Origin: Eledone cirrhosa
Taxonomy: Eukaryota
DNA length: 64,000 nt
NCBI GenBank assembly: GCA_964016885.1
Contig: OZ024747.1
Span: forward strand, 124,001 to 188,000
Direction: 5' to 3'
Shown here: piece after piece, positions 43,501-55,500 of the stretch
How positions within the stretch are numbered: the first letter of the stretch is position 1
Layout: each line of letters starts with the position of its first letter
Made by a program: the position numbers and the translations under genes
The notes under the pieces: generated by a model
What the model was told of the DNA's origin: nothing
The model's database searches: none
The model's input: the letters and a program-made list of their open reading frames with translations, nothing else

Positions 43501-46500
43501 GGATTGTGTGGTGTTAGAGCAGTGTGGTGAGGATTGTGTGGTGTTAGAGCAGTGTGGTGAGGATTGTTGTGTGGTGTTAGAGCAGTGTGGTGAGGATTGT
43601 GGTAAGGATTGTGTGGTGTTAGAGCAGTGTGGTGAGGATTGTGGTGTGTTAGAGCAGTGTCGTGAGGATTGTGTGGTGTTAGAGCAGTGTGGTGAGGATT
43701 GTGTGGTGTTAGAGCAGTGTGGTGAGGATAGTGGTGTGTTAGAGCAGTGTGGTGAGGATTGTGGTGTGTTAGAGCAGTGTGGTGTGGTGTTAGAGCAGTG
43801 TGGTGAGGATTGTGTGGTGTTAGAGCAGTGTGGTGAGGATTGTGTGGTGTTAGAGCAGTGTGGTGAGGATTGTGGTGTGTTAGAGCAGTGTGGTGTGGTG
43901 TTAGAGCAGTGTGGTGAGGATTGTGTGGTGTTAGAGCAGTGTGGTGAGGATTGTGTGGTGTTAGAGCAGTGTGGTGAGGATTGTGTGGTGTGTTAGAGTA
44001 GTGTGGTGAGGATTGTGTTTTGTTAGAGCAGTGTGGTGAGGATTGTGGTGTGTTAGAGCAGTGTGGTGAGGATTGTGTGGTGTTAGAGCAGTGTGGTGAG
44101 GATTGTGTGGTGTTAGAGCAGTGTGGTGAGGATTGTGTGGTGTTAGAGCAGTGTGGTGAGGATTGTGGTGTGTTAGAGCAGTGTGGTGAGGATTGTGGTG
44201 TGTTAGAGCAGTGTGGTGAGGATTGTGGTGTGGTGTTAGAGCAGTGTGGTGAGGATTGTGTGGTGTATTAGAGCAGTGTGGTGAGGATTGTGTGGTGTTA
44301 GAGCAGTGTGGTGAGGATTGTGGTGTATTAGAGCAGTGTGCTGAGGATTGTGTGGTGTTAGAGCAGTGTGGTGAGGATTGTGGTGTGTTAGAGCAGTGTG
44401 GTGAGGATTGTGGTGTGTTAGAGCAGTGTGGTGAGGATTGTGTGGTGTTAGAGCAGTGTGGTGAGGATTGTGGTGTGTTAGAGCAGTGTGGTGAGGATTG
44501 TGTTTTGTTAGAGCAGTGTGGTGAGGATTGTGGTGTGTTAGAGCAGTGTGGTGAGGATTGTGTGGTGTTAGAGCAGTGTGGTGAGGATTGTGTGGTGTTA
44601 GAGCAGTGTGGTGAGGATTGTGGTGTGTTAGAGGATTGTGGTGTGTTAGAGCAGTGTGGTGAGGATTGTGGTGTGGTGTTAGAGCAGTGTGGTGAGGATT
44701 GTGTGGTGTATTAGAGCAGTGTGGTGAGGATTGTGTGGTGTTAGAGCAGTGTGGTGAGGATTGTGGTGTATTAGAGCAGTGTGCTGAGGATTGTGTGGTG
44801 TTAGAGCAGTGTGGTGAGGATTGTGGTGTGTTAGAGCAGTGTGGTGAGGATTGTGTGGTGTTAGAGCAGTGTGGTGAGGATTGTTGTGTGGTGTTAGAGC
44901 AGTGTGATGAGGATTGTGTGGTGTTAGAGGATTGTGGTGTGGTGTTAGAGTAGTGTGGTGTTAGAGCAGTGTGATGAGGATTGTGGTGTGTTAGAGCAGT
45001 GTGGTGAGGATTGTGGTGTATTAGAGCAGTGTGGTGAGGATTGTGGTGTGGTGTTAGAGCAGTGTGGTGAGGATTGTGGTGTGTTAGAGCAGTGTGGTGA
45101 GGATTGTGGTGTATTAGAGCAGTGTGGTGAGGATTGTGGTGTGGTGTTAGAGCAGTGTGGTGAGGATTGTGGTGTGTTAGAGCAGTGTGGTGAGGATTGT
45201 GGTGTATTAGAGCAGTGTGGTGTTATAGCAGTGTGGGGAGGATTGTGGTGTTAGAGCAGTGTGGTGAGGATTGTGGTGTATTAGAGCAGTGTGGTGTGTT
45301 AGAGCAGTGTGGTGAGGATTGTGTGGTGTTAGAGCAGTGTGGTGAGGATTGTGGTGTGTTAGAGCAGTGTGGTGAGGATTGTGGTGTATTAGAGCAGTGT
45401 GCTGAGGATTGTGTGGTGTTAGAGCAGTGTGGTGAGGATTGTGTGGTGTTAGAGCAGTGTGGTGAGGATTGTGTGGTGTATTAGAGCAGTGTGGTGAGGA
45501 TTGTGGTGTGTTAGTGCAGTGTGGTGAGGATTGTGGTGTGTTAGAGCAGTGTGGTGAGGATTGTGTGGTGTTAGAGCAGTGTGGTGAGGATTGTGGTGTG
45601 TTAGAGCAGTGTGGTGAGGATTGTGGTGTATTAGAGCAGTGTGCTGAGGATTGTGTGGTGTTAGAGCAGTGTGGTGAGGATTGTGGTGTGTTAGAGCAGT
45701 GTGGTGAGGATTGTGTGGTGTTAGAGCAGTGTGGTGAGGATTGTGTGGTGTTAGAGCAGTGTGGTGAGGATTGTTGTGTGGTGTTAGAGCAGTGTGGTGA
45801 GGATTGTGGTAAGGATTGTGTGGTGTTAGAGCAGTGTGGTGAGGATTGTGGTGTGTTAGAGCAGTGTCGTGAGGATTGTGTGGTGTTAGAGCAGTGTGGT
45901 GAGGATTGTGTGGTGTTAGAGCAGTGTGGTGAGGATAGTGGTGTGTTAGAGCAGTGTGGTGAGGATTGTGGTGTGTTAGAGCAGTGTGGTGTGGTGTTAG
46001 AGCAGTGTGGTGAGGATTGTGTGGTGTTAGAGCAGTGTGGTGAGGATTGTGTGGTGTTAGAGCAGTGTGGTGAGGATTGTGGTGTGTTAGAGCAGTGTGG
46101 TGTGGTGTTAGAGCAGTGTGGTGAGGATTGTGTGGTGTTAGAGCAGTGTGGTGAGGATTGTGTGGTGTTAGAGCAGTGTGGTGAGGATTGTGGTGTGTTA
46201 GAGCAGTGTGGTGAGGATTGTGTTTTGTTAGAGCAGTGTGGTGAGGATTGTGGTGTGTTAGAGCAGTGTGGTGAGGATTGTGTGGTGTTAGAGCAGTGTG
46301 GTGAGGATTGTGTGGTGTTAGAGCAGTGTGGTGAGGATTGTGTGGTGTTAGAGCAGTGTGGTGAGGATTGTGGTGTGTTAGAGCAGTGTGGTGAGGATTG
46401 TGGTGTGTTAGAGCAGTGTGGTGAGGATTGTGGTGTGGTGTTAGAGCAGTGTGGTGAGGATTGTGTGGTGTATTAGAGCAGTGTGGTGAGGATTGTGTGG

Positions 46501-49500
46501 TGTTAGAGCAGTGTGGTGAGGATTGTGGTGTATTAGAGCAGTGTGCTGAGGATTGTGTGGTGTTAGAGCAGTGTGGTGAGGATTGTGGTGTGTTAGAGCA
46601 GTGTGGTGAGGATTGTGGTGTGTTAGAGCCGTGTGGTGAGGATTGTGTGGTGTTAGAGCAGTGTGGTGAGGATTGTGGTGTGTTAGAGCAGTGTGGTGAG
46701 GATTGTGTTTTGTTAGAGCAGTGTGGTGAGGATTGTGGTGTGTTAGAGCAGTGTGGTGAGGATTGTGTGGTGTTAGAGCAGTGTGGTGAGGATTGTGTGG
46801 TGTTAGAGCAGTGTGGTGAGGATTGTGGTGTGTTAGAGGATTGTGGTGTGTTAGAGCAGTGTGGTGAGGATTGTGGTGTGGTGTTAGAGCAGTGTGGTGA
46901 GGATTGTGTGGTGTATTAGAGCAGTGTGGTGAGGATTGTGTGGTGTTAGAGCAGTGTGGTGAGGATTGTGGTGTATTAGAGCAGTGTGCTGAGGATTGTG
47001 TGGTGTTAGAGCAGTGTGGTGAGGATTGTGGTGTGTTAGAGCAGTGTGGTGAGGATTGTGGTGTGTTAGAGCAGTGTGGTGAGGATTGTGGTGTATTAGA
47101 GCATTTAGGTGAGGATTGTGTGGTGTATTAGAGCAGTGTGGTGAAGATTGTGTGGTGTTAGAGCAGTGTGGTGAGGATTGTGGTGTGGTGTTAGAGCAGT
47201 GTGGTGAGGATTGTGCGGTGTTAGAGCAGTGTGGTGAGGATTGTGGTGTGGTGTTAGAGCAGTGTGGTGAGGATTGTGCGGTGTTAGAGCAGTGTGGTGA
47301 GGATTGTGTGGTGTTAGAGCAGTGTGGGGAGGATTGTGTGGAGTTAGATCAGTGTGGTGAGGATTGTGTGGTGTTAGAGCAGTGTGGGGAGGATTGTGGT
47401 GTGTTAGAGCAGTGTGGTGAGGATTGTGTTTTGTTAGAGCAGTGTGGTGAGGATTGTGGTGTGTTGGAGCAGTGTGGTGAGGATTGTGGTGTGTTAGAGC
47501 AGTGTGGTGAGGATTGTGGTGTGGTGTTAGAGCAGTGTGGTGAGGATTGTGTGGTGTATTAGAGCAGTGTGGTGAGGATTGTGTGGTGTTAGAGCAGTGT
47601 GGTGAGGATTGTGGTGTATTAGAGCAGTGTGGTGAGGATTGTGGTGTGGTGTTAGAGCAGTGTGGTGAGGATTGTGCGGTGTTAGAGCAGTGTGGTGAGG
47701 ATTGTGGTGTGGTGTTAGAGCAGTGTGGTGAGGATTGTGCGGTGTTAGAGCAGTGTGGTGAGGATTGTGTGGTGTTAGAGCAGTGTGGGGAGGATTGTGT
47801 GGAGTTAGATCAGTGTGGTGAGGATTGTGCGGTGTTAGAGCAGTGTGGTGAGGATTGTGTGGTGTTAGAGCAGTGTGGTGAGGATTGTGTGGTGTTAGAG
47901 CAGTGTGGTGAGGATTGTGGTGTGTTAGAACAGTGTGGTGAGGATTGTGGTGTGTTAGAGCAGTGTGGTGAGGATTGTGGTGTGGTGTTAGAGCAGTGTG
48001 GTGAGGATTGTGTGGTGTATTAGAGCAGTGTGGTGTTAGAGCAGTGTGGTGAGGATTGTGGTGTATTAGAGCAGAGTGCTGAGGATTGTGTGGTGTTAGA
48101 GCAGTGTGGTGAGGATTGTGGTGTGTTAGAGCAGTGTGGTGAGGATTGTGTGGTGTTAGAGCAGTGTGGTGAGGATTGTGGTGTGGTGTTAGAGCAGTGT
48201 GGTGAGGATTGTGTGGTGTATTAGAGCAGTGTGGTGAGGATTGTGTGGTGTTAGAGCAGTGTGGTGAGGATTGTGGTGTATTAGAGCAGTGTGCTGAGGA
48301 TTGTGTGGTGTTAGAGCAGTGTGGTGAGGATTGTGGTGTGTTAGAGCAGTGTGGTGAGGATTGTGGTGTATTAGAGCATTTAGGTGAGGATTGTGTGGTG
48401 TATTAGAGCAGTGTGGTGAGGATTGTGTGGTGAGGATTGTGTGGTGTATTAGAGCAGTGTGGTGAGGATTGTGTGGTGTATTAGAGCAGTGTGGTGAGGA
48501 TTGTGTGGTGTTAGAGCAGTGTGGTGAGGATTGTGTGGTGTTAGAGCAGTGTGGTGAGGATTGTGTGGTGTTAGAGCAGTGTGGTGAGGATTGTGGTGTG
48601 TTAGAGCAGTGTGGTGTGGTGTTAGAGCAGTGTGGTGAGGATTGTGTGGTGTTAGAGCAGTGTGGTGAGGATTGTGTGGTGTTAGAGCAGTGTGGTGAGG
48701 ATTGTGGTGTGTTAGAGCAGTGTGGTGAGGATTGTGTTTTGTTAGAGCAGTGTGGTGAGGATTGTGGTGTGTTAGAGCAGTGTGGTGAGGATTGTGTGGT
48801 GTTAGAGCAGTGTGGTGAGGATTGTGTGGTGTTAGAGCAGTGTGGTGAGGATTGTGGTGTGTTAGAGCAGTGTGGTGAGGATTGTGGTGTGTTAGAGCAG
48901 TGTGGTGAGGATTGTGGTGTGGTGTTAGAGCAGTGTGGTGAGGATTGTGTGGTGTATTAGAGCAGTGTGGTGAGGATTGTGGTGTATTAGAGCAGTGTGC
49001 TGAGGATTGTGTGGTGTTAAAGCAGTGTGGTGAGGATTGTGGTGTGTTAGAGCAGTGTGGTGAGGATTGTGTGGTGTTAGAGCAGTGTGGTGAGGATTGT
49101 GGTGTGTTAGAGCAGTGTGGTGAGGATTGTGGTGTGTTAGAGCAGTGTGGTGAGGATTGTGGTGTGTTAGAGCAGTGTGGTGAGGATTGTGTGGTGTTAG
49201 AACAGTGTGGTGAGGATTGTGTGGTGAGGATTGTGTGGTGTTAGAGCAGTGTGGTGAGGATTGTGGTGTGTTAGAGCAGTGTGGTGAGGATTGTGGTGTG
49301 TTAGAGCAGTGTGGTGAGGATTGTGTGGTGTTAGAGCAGTGTGGTGAGGATTGTGTGGTGTTAGAGCAGTGTGGTGAGGATTGTGTGGTGAGGATTGTGT
49401 GGTGTTAGAGCAGTGTGGTGAGGATTGTGGTGTGTTAGAGCAGTGTGGTGAGGATTGTGGTGTGTTAGAGCAGTGTGGTGAGGATTGTGTGGTGTTAGAG

Positions 49501-52500
49501 CAGTGTGGTGAGGATTGTGTGGTGTTAGAGCAGTGTGGTGAGGATTGTGGTGTGTTAGAGCAGTGTGGTGAGGATTGTGTGGTGAGGATTGTGTGGTGTT
49601 AGAGCAGTGTGGTGAGGATTGTGGTGTGTTAGAGCAGTGTGGTGAGGATTGTGGTGTGTTAGAGCAGTGTGGTGAGGATTGTGTGGTGTTAGAGCAGTGT
49701 GGTGAGGATTGTGTGGTGTTAGAGCAGTGTGGTGAGGATTGTGGTGTGTTAGAGCAGTGTGGTGAGGATTGTGTGGTGTTAGAGCAGTGTGGTGAGGATT
49801 GTGGTGTGTTAGAGCAGTGTGGTGAGGATTGTGTGGTGTTAGAGCAGTGTGGTGAGGATTGTGTGGTGTTAGAGCAGTGTGGTGAGGATTGTGGTGTGTT
49901 AGAGCAGTGTGGTGAGGATTGTGGTGTGTTAGAGCAGTGTGGTGAGGATTGTGGTGTGTTAGAGCAGTGTGGTGAGGATTGTGGTGTGTTAGAGCAGTGT
50001 GGTGAAGATTGTGTGGTGTTAGAGCAGTGTGGTGAGGATTGTGTGGTGTTAGAGCAGTGTGGTGAGGATTGTGTGGTGTTAGAGCAGTGTGGTGAGGATT
50101 GTGTGGTGAGGATTGTGGTGTGTTAGAGCAGTGTGGTGAGGATTGTGTGGTGTTAGAGCAGTGTGGTGAGGATTGTGGTGTGTTAGAGCAGTGTGGTGAG
50201 GATTGTGTGGTGTTAGAGCAGTGTGGTGAGGATTGTGTGGTGTTAGAGCAGTGTGGTGAGGATTGTGGTGTGTTAGAGCAGTGTGGTGAGGATTGTGTGG
50301 TGTGTTAGAGCAGTGTGGTGAGGATTGTGTGGTGTTAGAGCAGTGTGGTGAGGATTGTGTGGTGTTAGAGCAGTGTGGTGAGGATTGTGTGGTGTTAGAG
50401 CAGTGTGGTGAGGATTGTGTGGTGTTAGAGCAGTGTGGTGAGGATTGTTGTGTGGTGTTAGAGCAGCGTGATGAGGATTGTGTGGTGTTAGAGGATTGTG
50501 GTGTGGTGTTAGAGTAGTGTGGTGTTAGAGCAGTGTGATGAGGATTGTGCTGTGTTAGAGCAGTGTGGTGAGGATTGTGGTGTATTAGAGCATTTAGGTG
50601 AGGATTGTTGTGTGGTGTTAGAGCAGTGTGGTGAGGATTGTGGTGTGTTAGAGCAGTGTGATGAGGATTGTGTGGTGTGTTAGAGCAGTGTGGTGAGGAT
50701 TGTGGTGTGTTAGAGCAGTGTGATGAGGATTGTGTGGTGTGTTAGAGCAGTGTGGTGAGGATTGTGGTGTGTTAGAGCAGTGTGGTGAGGATTGTGTGGT
50801 GTTAGAGCAGTGTGGTGAGGATTGTTGTGTGGTGTTAGAGCAGTGTGATGAGGATTGTGTGGTGTTAGAGGATTGTGGTGTGGTGTTAGAGTAGTGTGGT
50901 GTTAGAGCAGTGTGATGAGGATTGTGGTGTGTTAGAGCAGTGTGGTGAGGATTGTGGTGTATTAGAGCAGTGTGGTGAGGATTGTGGTGTGGTGTTAGAG
51001 CAGTGTGGTGAGGATTGTGGTGTGTTAGAGCAGTGTGGTGAGGATTGTGGTGTATTAGAGCAGTGTGGTGTTATAGCAGTGTGGGGAGGATTGTGGTGTT
51101 AGAGCAGTGTGGTGAGGATTGTGGTGTATTAGAGCAGTGTGGTGTGTTAGAGCAGTGTGGTGAGGATTGTGTGGTGTTAGAGCAGTGTGGTGAGGATTGT
51201 GGTGTGTTAGAGCAGTGTGGTGAGGATTGTGGTGTATTAGAGCAGTGTGCTGAGGATTGTGTGGTGTTAGAGCAGTGTGGTGAGGATTGTGTGGTGTTAG
51301 AGCAGTGTGGTGAGGATTGTGTGGTGTATTAGAGCAGTGTGGTGAGGATTGTGGTGTGTTAGTGCAGTGTGGTGAGGATTGTGGTGTGTTAGAGCAGTGT
51401 GGTGAGGATTGTGTGGTGTTAGAGCAGTGTGGTGAGGATTGTGGTGTGTTAGAGCAGTGTGGTGAGGATTGTGGTGTATTAGAGCAGTGTGCTGAGGATT
51501 GTGTGGTGTTAGAGCAGTGTGGTGAGGATTGTGGTGTGTTAGAGCAGTGTGGTGAGGATTGTGTGGTGTTAGAGCAGTGTGGTGAGGATTGTGTGGTGTT
51601 AGAGCAGTGTGGTGAGGATTGTTGTGTGGTGTTAGAGCAGTGTGGTGAGGATTGTGGTAAGGATTGTGTGGTGTTAGAGCAGTGTGGTGAGGATTGTGGT
51701 GTGTTAGAGCAGTGTCGTGAGGATTGTGTGGTGTTAGAGCAGTGTGGTGAGGATTGTGTGGTGTTAGAGCAGTGTGGTGAGGATAGTGGTGTGTTAGAGC
51801 AGTGTGGTGAGGATTGTGGTGTGTTAGAGCAGTGTGGTGTGGTGTTAGAGCAGTGTGGTGAGGATTGTGTGGTGTTAGAGCAGTGTGGTGAGGATTGTGT
51901 GGTGTTAGAGCAGTGTGGTGAGGATTGTGGTGTGTTAGAGCAGTGTGGTGTGGTGTTAGAGCAGTGTGGTGAGGATTGTGTGGTGTTAGAGCAGTGTGGT
52001 GAGGATTGCGTGGTGTTAGAGCAGTGTGGTGAGGATTGTGTGGTGTTAGAGCAGTGTGGTGTGTTAGAGCAGTGTGGTGAGGATTGTGTTTTGTTAGAGC
52101 AGTGTGGTGAGGATTGTGGTGTGTTAGAGCAGTGTGGTGAGGATTGTGTGGTGTTAGAGCAGTGTGGTGAGGATTGTGTGGTGTTAGAGCAGTGTGGTGA
52201 GGATTGTGTGGTGTTAGAGCAGTGTGGTGAGGATTGTGGTGTGTTAGAGCAGTGTGGTGAGGATTGTGGTGTGTTAGAGCAGTGTGGTGAGGATTGTGGT
52301 GTGGTGTTAGAGCAGTGTGGTGAGGATTGTGTGGTGTATTAGAGCAGTGTGGTGAGGATTGTGTGGTGTTAGAGCAGTGTGGTGAGGATTGTGGTGTATT
52401 AGAGCAGTGTGCTGAGGATTGTGTGGTGTTAGAGCAGTGTGGTGAGGATTGTGGTGTGTTAGAGCAGTGTGGTGAGGATTGTGGTGTGTTAGAGCAGTGT

Positions 52501-55500
52501 GGTGAGGATTGTGTGGTGTTAGAGCAGTGTGGTGAGGATTGTGGTGTGTTAGAGCAGTGTGGTGAGGATTGTGTTTTGTTAGAGCAGTGTGGTGAGGATT
52601 GTGGTGTGTTAGAGCAGTGTGGTGAGGATTGTGTGGTGTTAGAGCAGTGTGGTGAGGATTGTGTGGTGTTAGAGCAGTGTGGTGAGGATTGTGGTGTGTT
52701 AGAGGATTGTGGTGTGTTAGAGCAGTGTGGTGAGGATTGTGGTGTGGTGTTAGAGCAGTGTGGTGAGGATTGTGTGGTGTATTAGAGCAGTGTGGTGAGG
52801 ATTGTGTGGTGTTAGAGCAGTGTGGTGAGGATTGTGGTGTATTAGAGCAGTGTGCTGAGGATTGTGTGGTGTTAGAGCAGTGTGGTGAGGATTGTGGTGT
52901 GTTAGAGCAGTGTGGTGAGGATTGTGTGGTGTTAGAGCAGTGTGGTGAGGATTGTTGTGTGGTGTTAGAGCAGTGTGATGAGGATTGTGTGGTGTTAGAG
53001 GATTGTGGTGTGGTGTTAGAGTAGTGTGGTGTTAGAGCAGTGTGATGAGGATTGTGGTGTGTTAGAGCAGTGTGGTGAGGATTGTGGTGTATTAGAGCAG
53101 TGTGGTGAGGATTGTGGTGTGGTGTTAGAGCAGTGTGGTGAGGATTGTGGTGTGTTAGAGCAGTGTGGTGAGGATTGTGGTGTATTAGAGCAGTGTGGTG
53201 TTATAGCAGTGTGGGGAGGATTGTGGTGTTAGAGCAGTGTGGTGAGGATTGTGGTGTATTAGAGCAGTGTGGTGTGTTAGAGCAGTGTGGTGAGGATTGT
53301 GTGGTGTTAGAGCAGTGTGGTGAGGATTGTGGTGTGTTAGAGCAGTGTGGTGAGGATTGTGGTGTATTAGAGCAGTGTGCTGAGGATTGTGTGGTGTTAG
53401 AGCAGTGTGGTGAGGATTGTGTGGTGTTAGAGCAGTGTGGTGAGGATTGTGTGGTGTATTAGAGCAGTGTGGTGAGGATTGTGGTGTGTTAGTGCAGTGT
53501 GGTGAGGATTGTGGTGTGTTAGAGCAGTGTGGTGAGGATTGTGTGGTGTTAGAGCAGTGTGGTGAGGATTGTGGTGTGTTAGAGCAGTGTGGTGAGGATT
53601 GTGGTGTATTAGAGCAGTGTGCTGAGGATTGTGTGGTGTTAGAGCAGTGTGGTGAGGATTGTGGTGTGTTAGAGCAGTGTGGTGAGGATTGTGTGGTGTT
53701 AGAGCAGTGTGGTGAGGATTGTGTGGTGTTAGAGCAGTGTGGTGAGGATTGTTGTGTGGTGTTAGAGCAGTGTGGTGAGGATTGTGGTAAGGATTGTGTG
53801 GTGTTAGAGCAGTGTGGTGAGGATTGTGGTGTGTTAGAGCAGTGTCGTGAGGATTGTGTGGTGTTAGAGCAGTGTGGTGAGGATTGTGTGGTGTTAGAGC
53901 AGTGTGGTGAGGATAGTGGTGTGTTAGAGCAGTGTGGTGAGGATTGTGGTGTGTTAGAGCAGTGTGGTGTGGTGTTAGAGCAGTGTGGTGAGGATTGTGT
54001 GGTGTTAGAGCAGTGTGGTGAGGATTGTGTGGTGTTAGAGCAGTGTGGTGAGGATTGTGGTGTGTTAGAGCAGTGTGGTGTGGTGTTAGAGCAGTGTGGT
54101 GAGGATTGTGTGGTGTTAGAGCAGTGTGGTGAGGATTGTGTGGTGTTAGAGCAGTGTGGTGAGGATTGTGGTGTGTTAGAGCAGTGTGGTGAGGATTGTG
54201 TTTTGTTAGAGCAGTGTGGTGAGGATTGTGGTGTGTTAGAGCAGTGTGGTGAGGATTGTGTGGTGTTAGAGCAGTGTGGTGAGGATTGTGTGGTGTTAGA
54301 GCAGTGTGGTGAGGATTGTGTGGTGTTAGAGCAGTGTGGTGAGGATTGTGGTGTGTTAGAGCAGTGTGGTGAGGATTGTGGTGTGTTAGAGCAGTGTGGT
54401 GAGGATTGTGGTGTGGTGTTAGAGCAGTGTGGTGAGGATTGTGTGGTGTATTAGAGCAGTGTGGTGAGGATTGTGTGGTGTTAGAGCAGTGTGGTGAGGA
54501 TTGTGGTGTATTAGAGCAGTGTGCTGAGGATTGTGTGGTGTTAGAGCAGTGTGGTGAGGATTGTGGTGTGTTAGAGCAGTGTGGTGAGGATTGTGGTGTG
54601 TTAGAGCAGTGTGGTGAGGATTGTGTGGTGTTAGAGCAGTGTGGTGAGGATTGTGGTGTGTTAGAGCAGTGTGGTGAGGATTGTGTTTTGTTAGAGCAGT
54701 GTGGTGAGGATTGTGGTGTGTTAGAGCAGTGTGGTGAGGATTGTGTGGTGTTAGAGCAGTGTGGTGAGGATTGTGTGGTGTTAGAGCAGTGTGGTGAGGA
54801 TTGTGGTGTGTTAGAGGATTGTGGTGTGTTAGAGCAGTGTGGTGAGGATTGTGGTGTGGTGTTAGAGCAGTGTGGTGAGGATTGTGTGGTGTATTAGAGC
54901 AGTGTGGTGAGGATTGTGTGGTGTTAGAGCAGTGTGGTGAGGATTGTGGTGTATTAGAGCAGTGTGCTGAGGATTGTGTGGTGTTAGAGCAGTGTGGTGA
55001 GGATTGTGGTGTGTTAGAGCAGTGTGGTGAGGATTGTGGTGTGTTAGAGCAGTGTGGTGAGGATTGTGGTGTATTAGAGCATTTAGGTGAGGATTGTGTG
55101 GTGTATTAGAGCAGTGTGGTGAAGATTGTGTGGTGTTAGAGCAGTGTGGTGAGGATTGTGGTGTGGTGTTAGAGCAGTGTGGTGAGGATTGTGCGGTGTT
55201 AGAGCAGTGTGGTGAGGATTGTGGTGTGGTGTTAGAGCAGTGTGGTGAGGATTGTGCGGTGTTAGAGCAGTGTGGTGAGGATTGTGTGGTGTTAGAGCAG
55301 TGTGGGGAGGATTGTGTGGAGTTAGATCAGTGTGGTGAGGATTGTGTGGTGTTAGAGCAGTGTGGGGAGGATTGTGGTGTGTTAGAGCAGTGTGGTGAGG
55401 ATTGTGTTTTGTTAGAGCAGTGTGGTGAGGATTGTGGTGTGTTGGAGCAGTGTGGTGAGGATTGTGGTGTGTTAGAGCAGTGTGGTGAGGATTGTGGTGT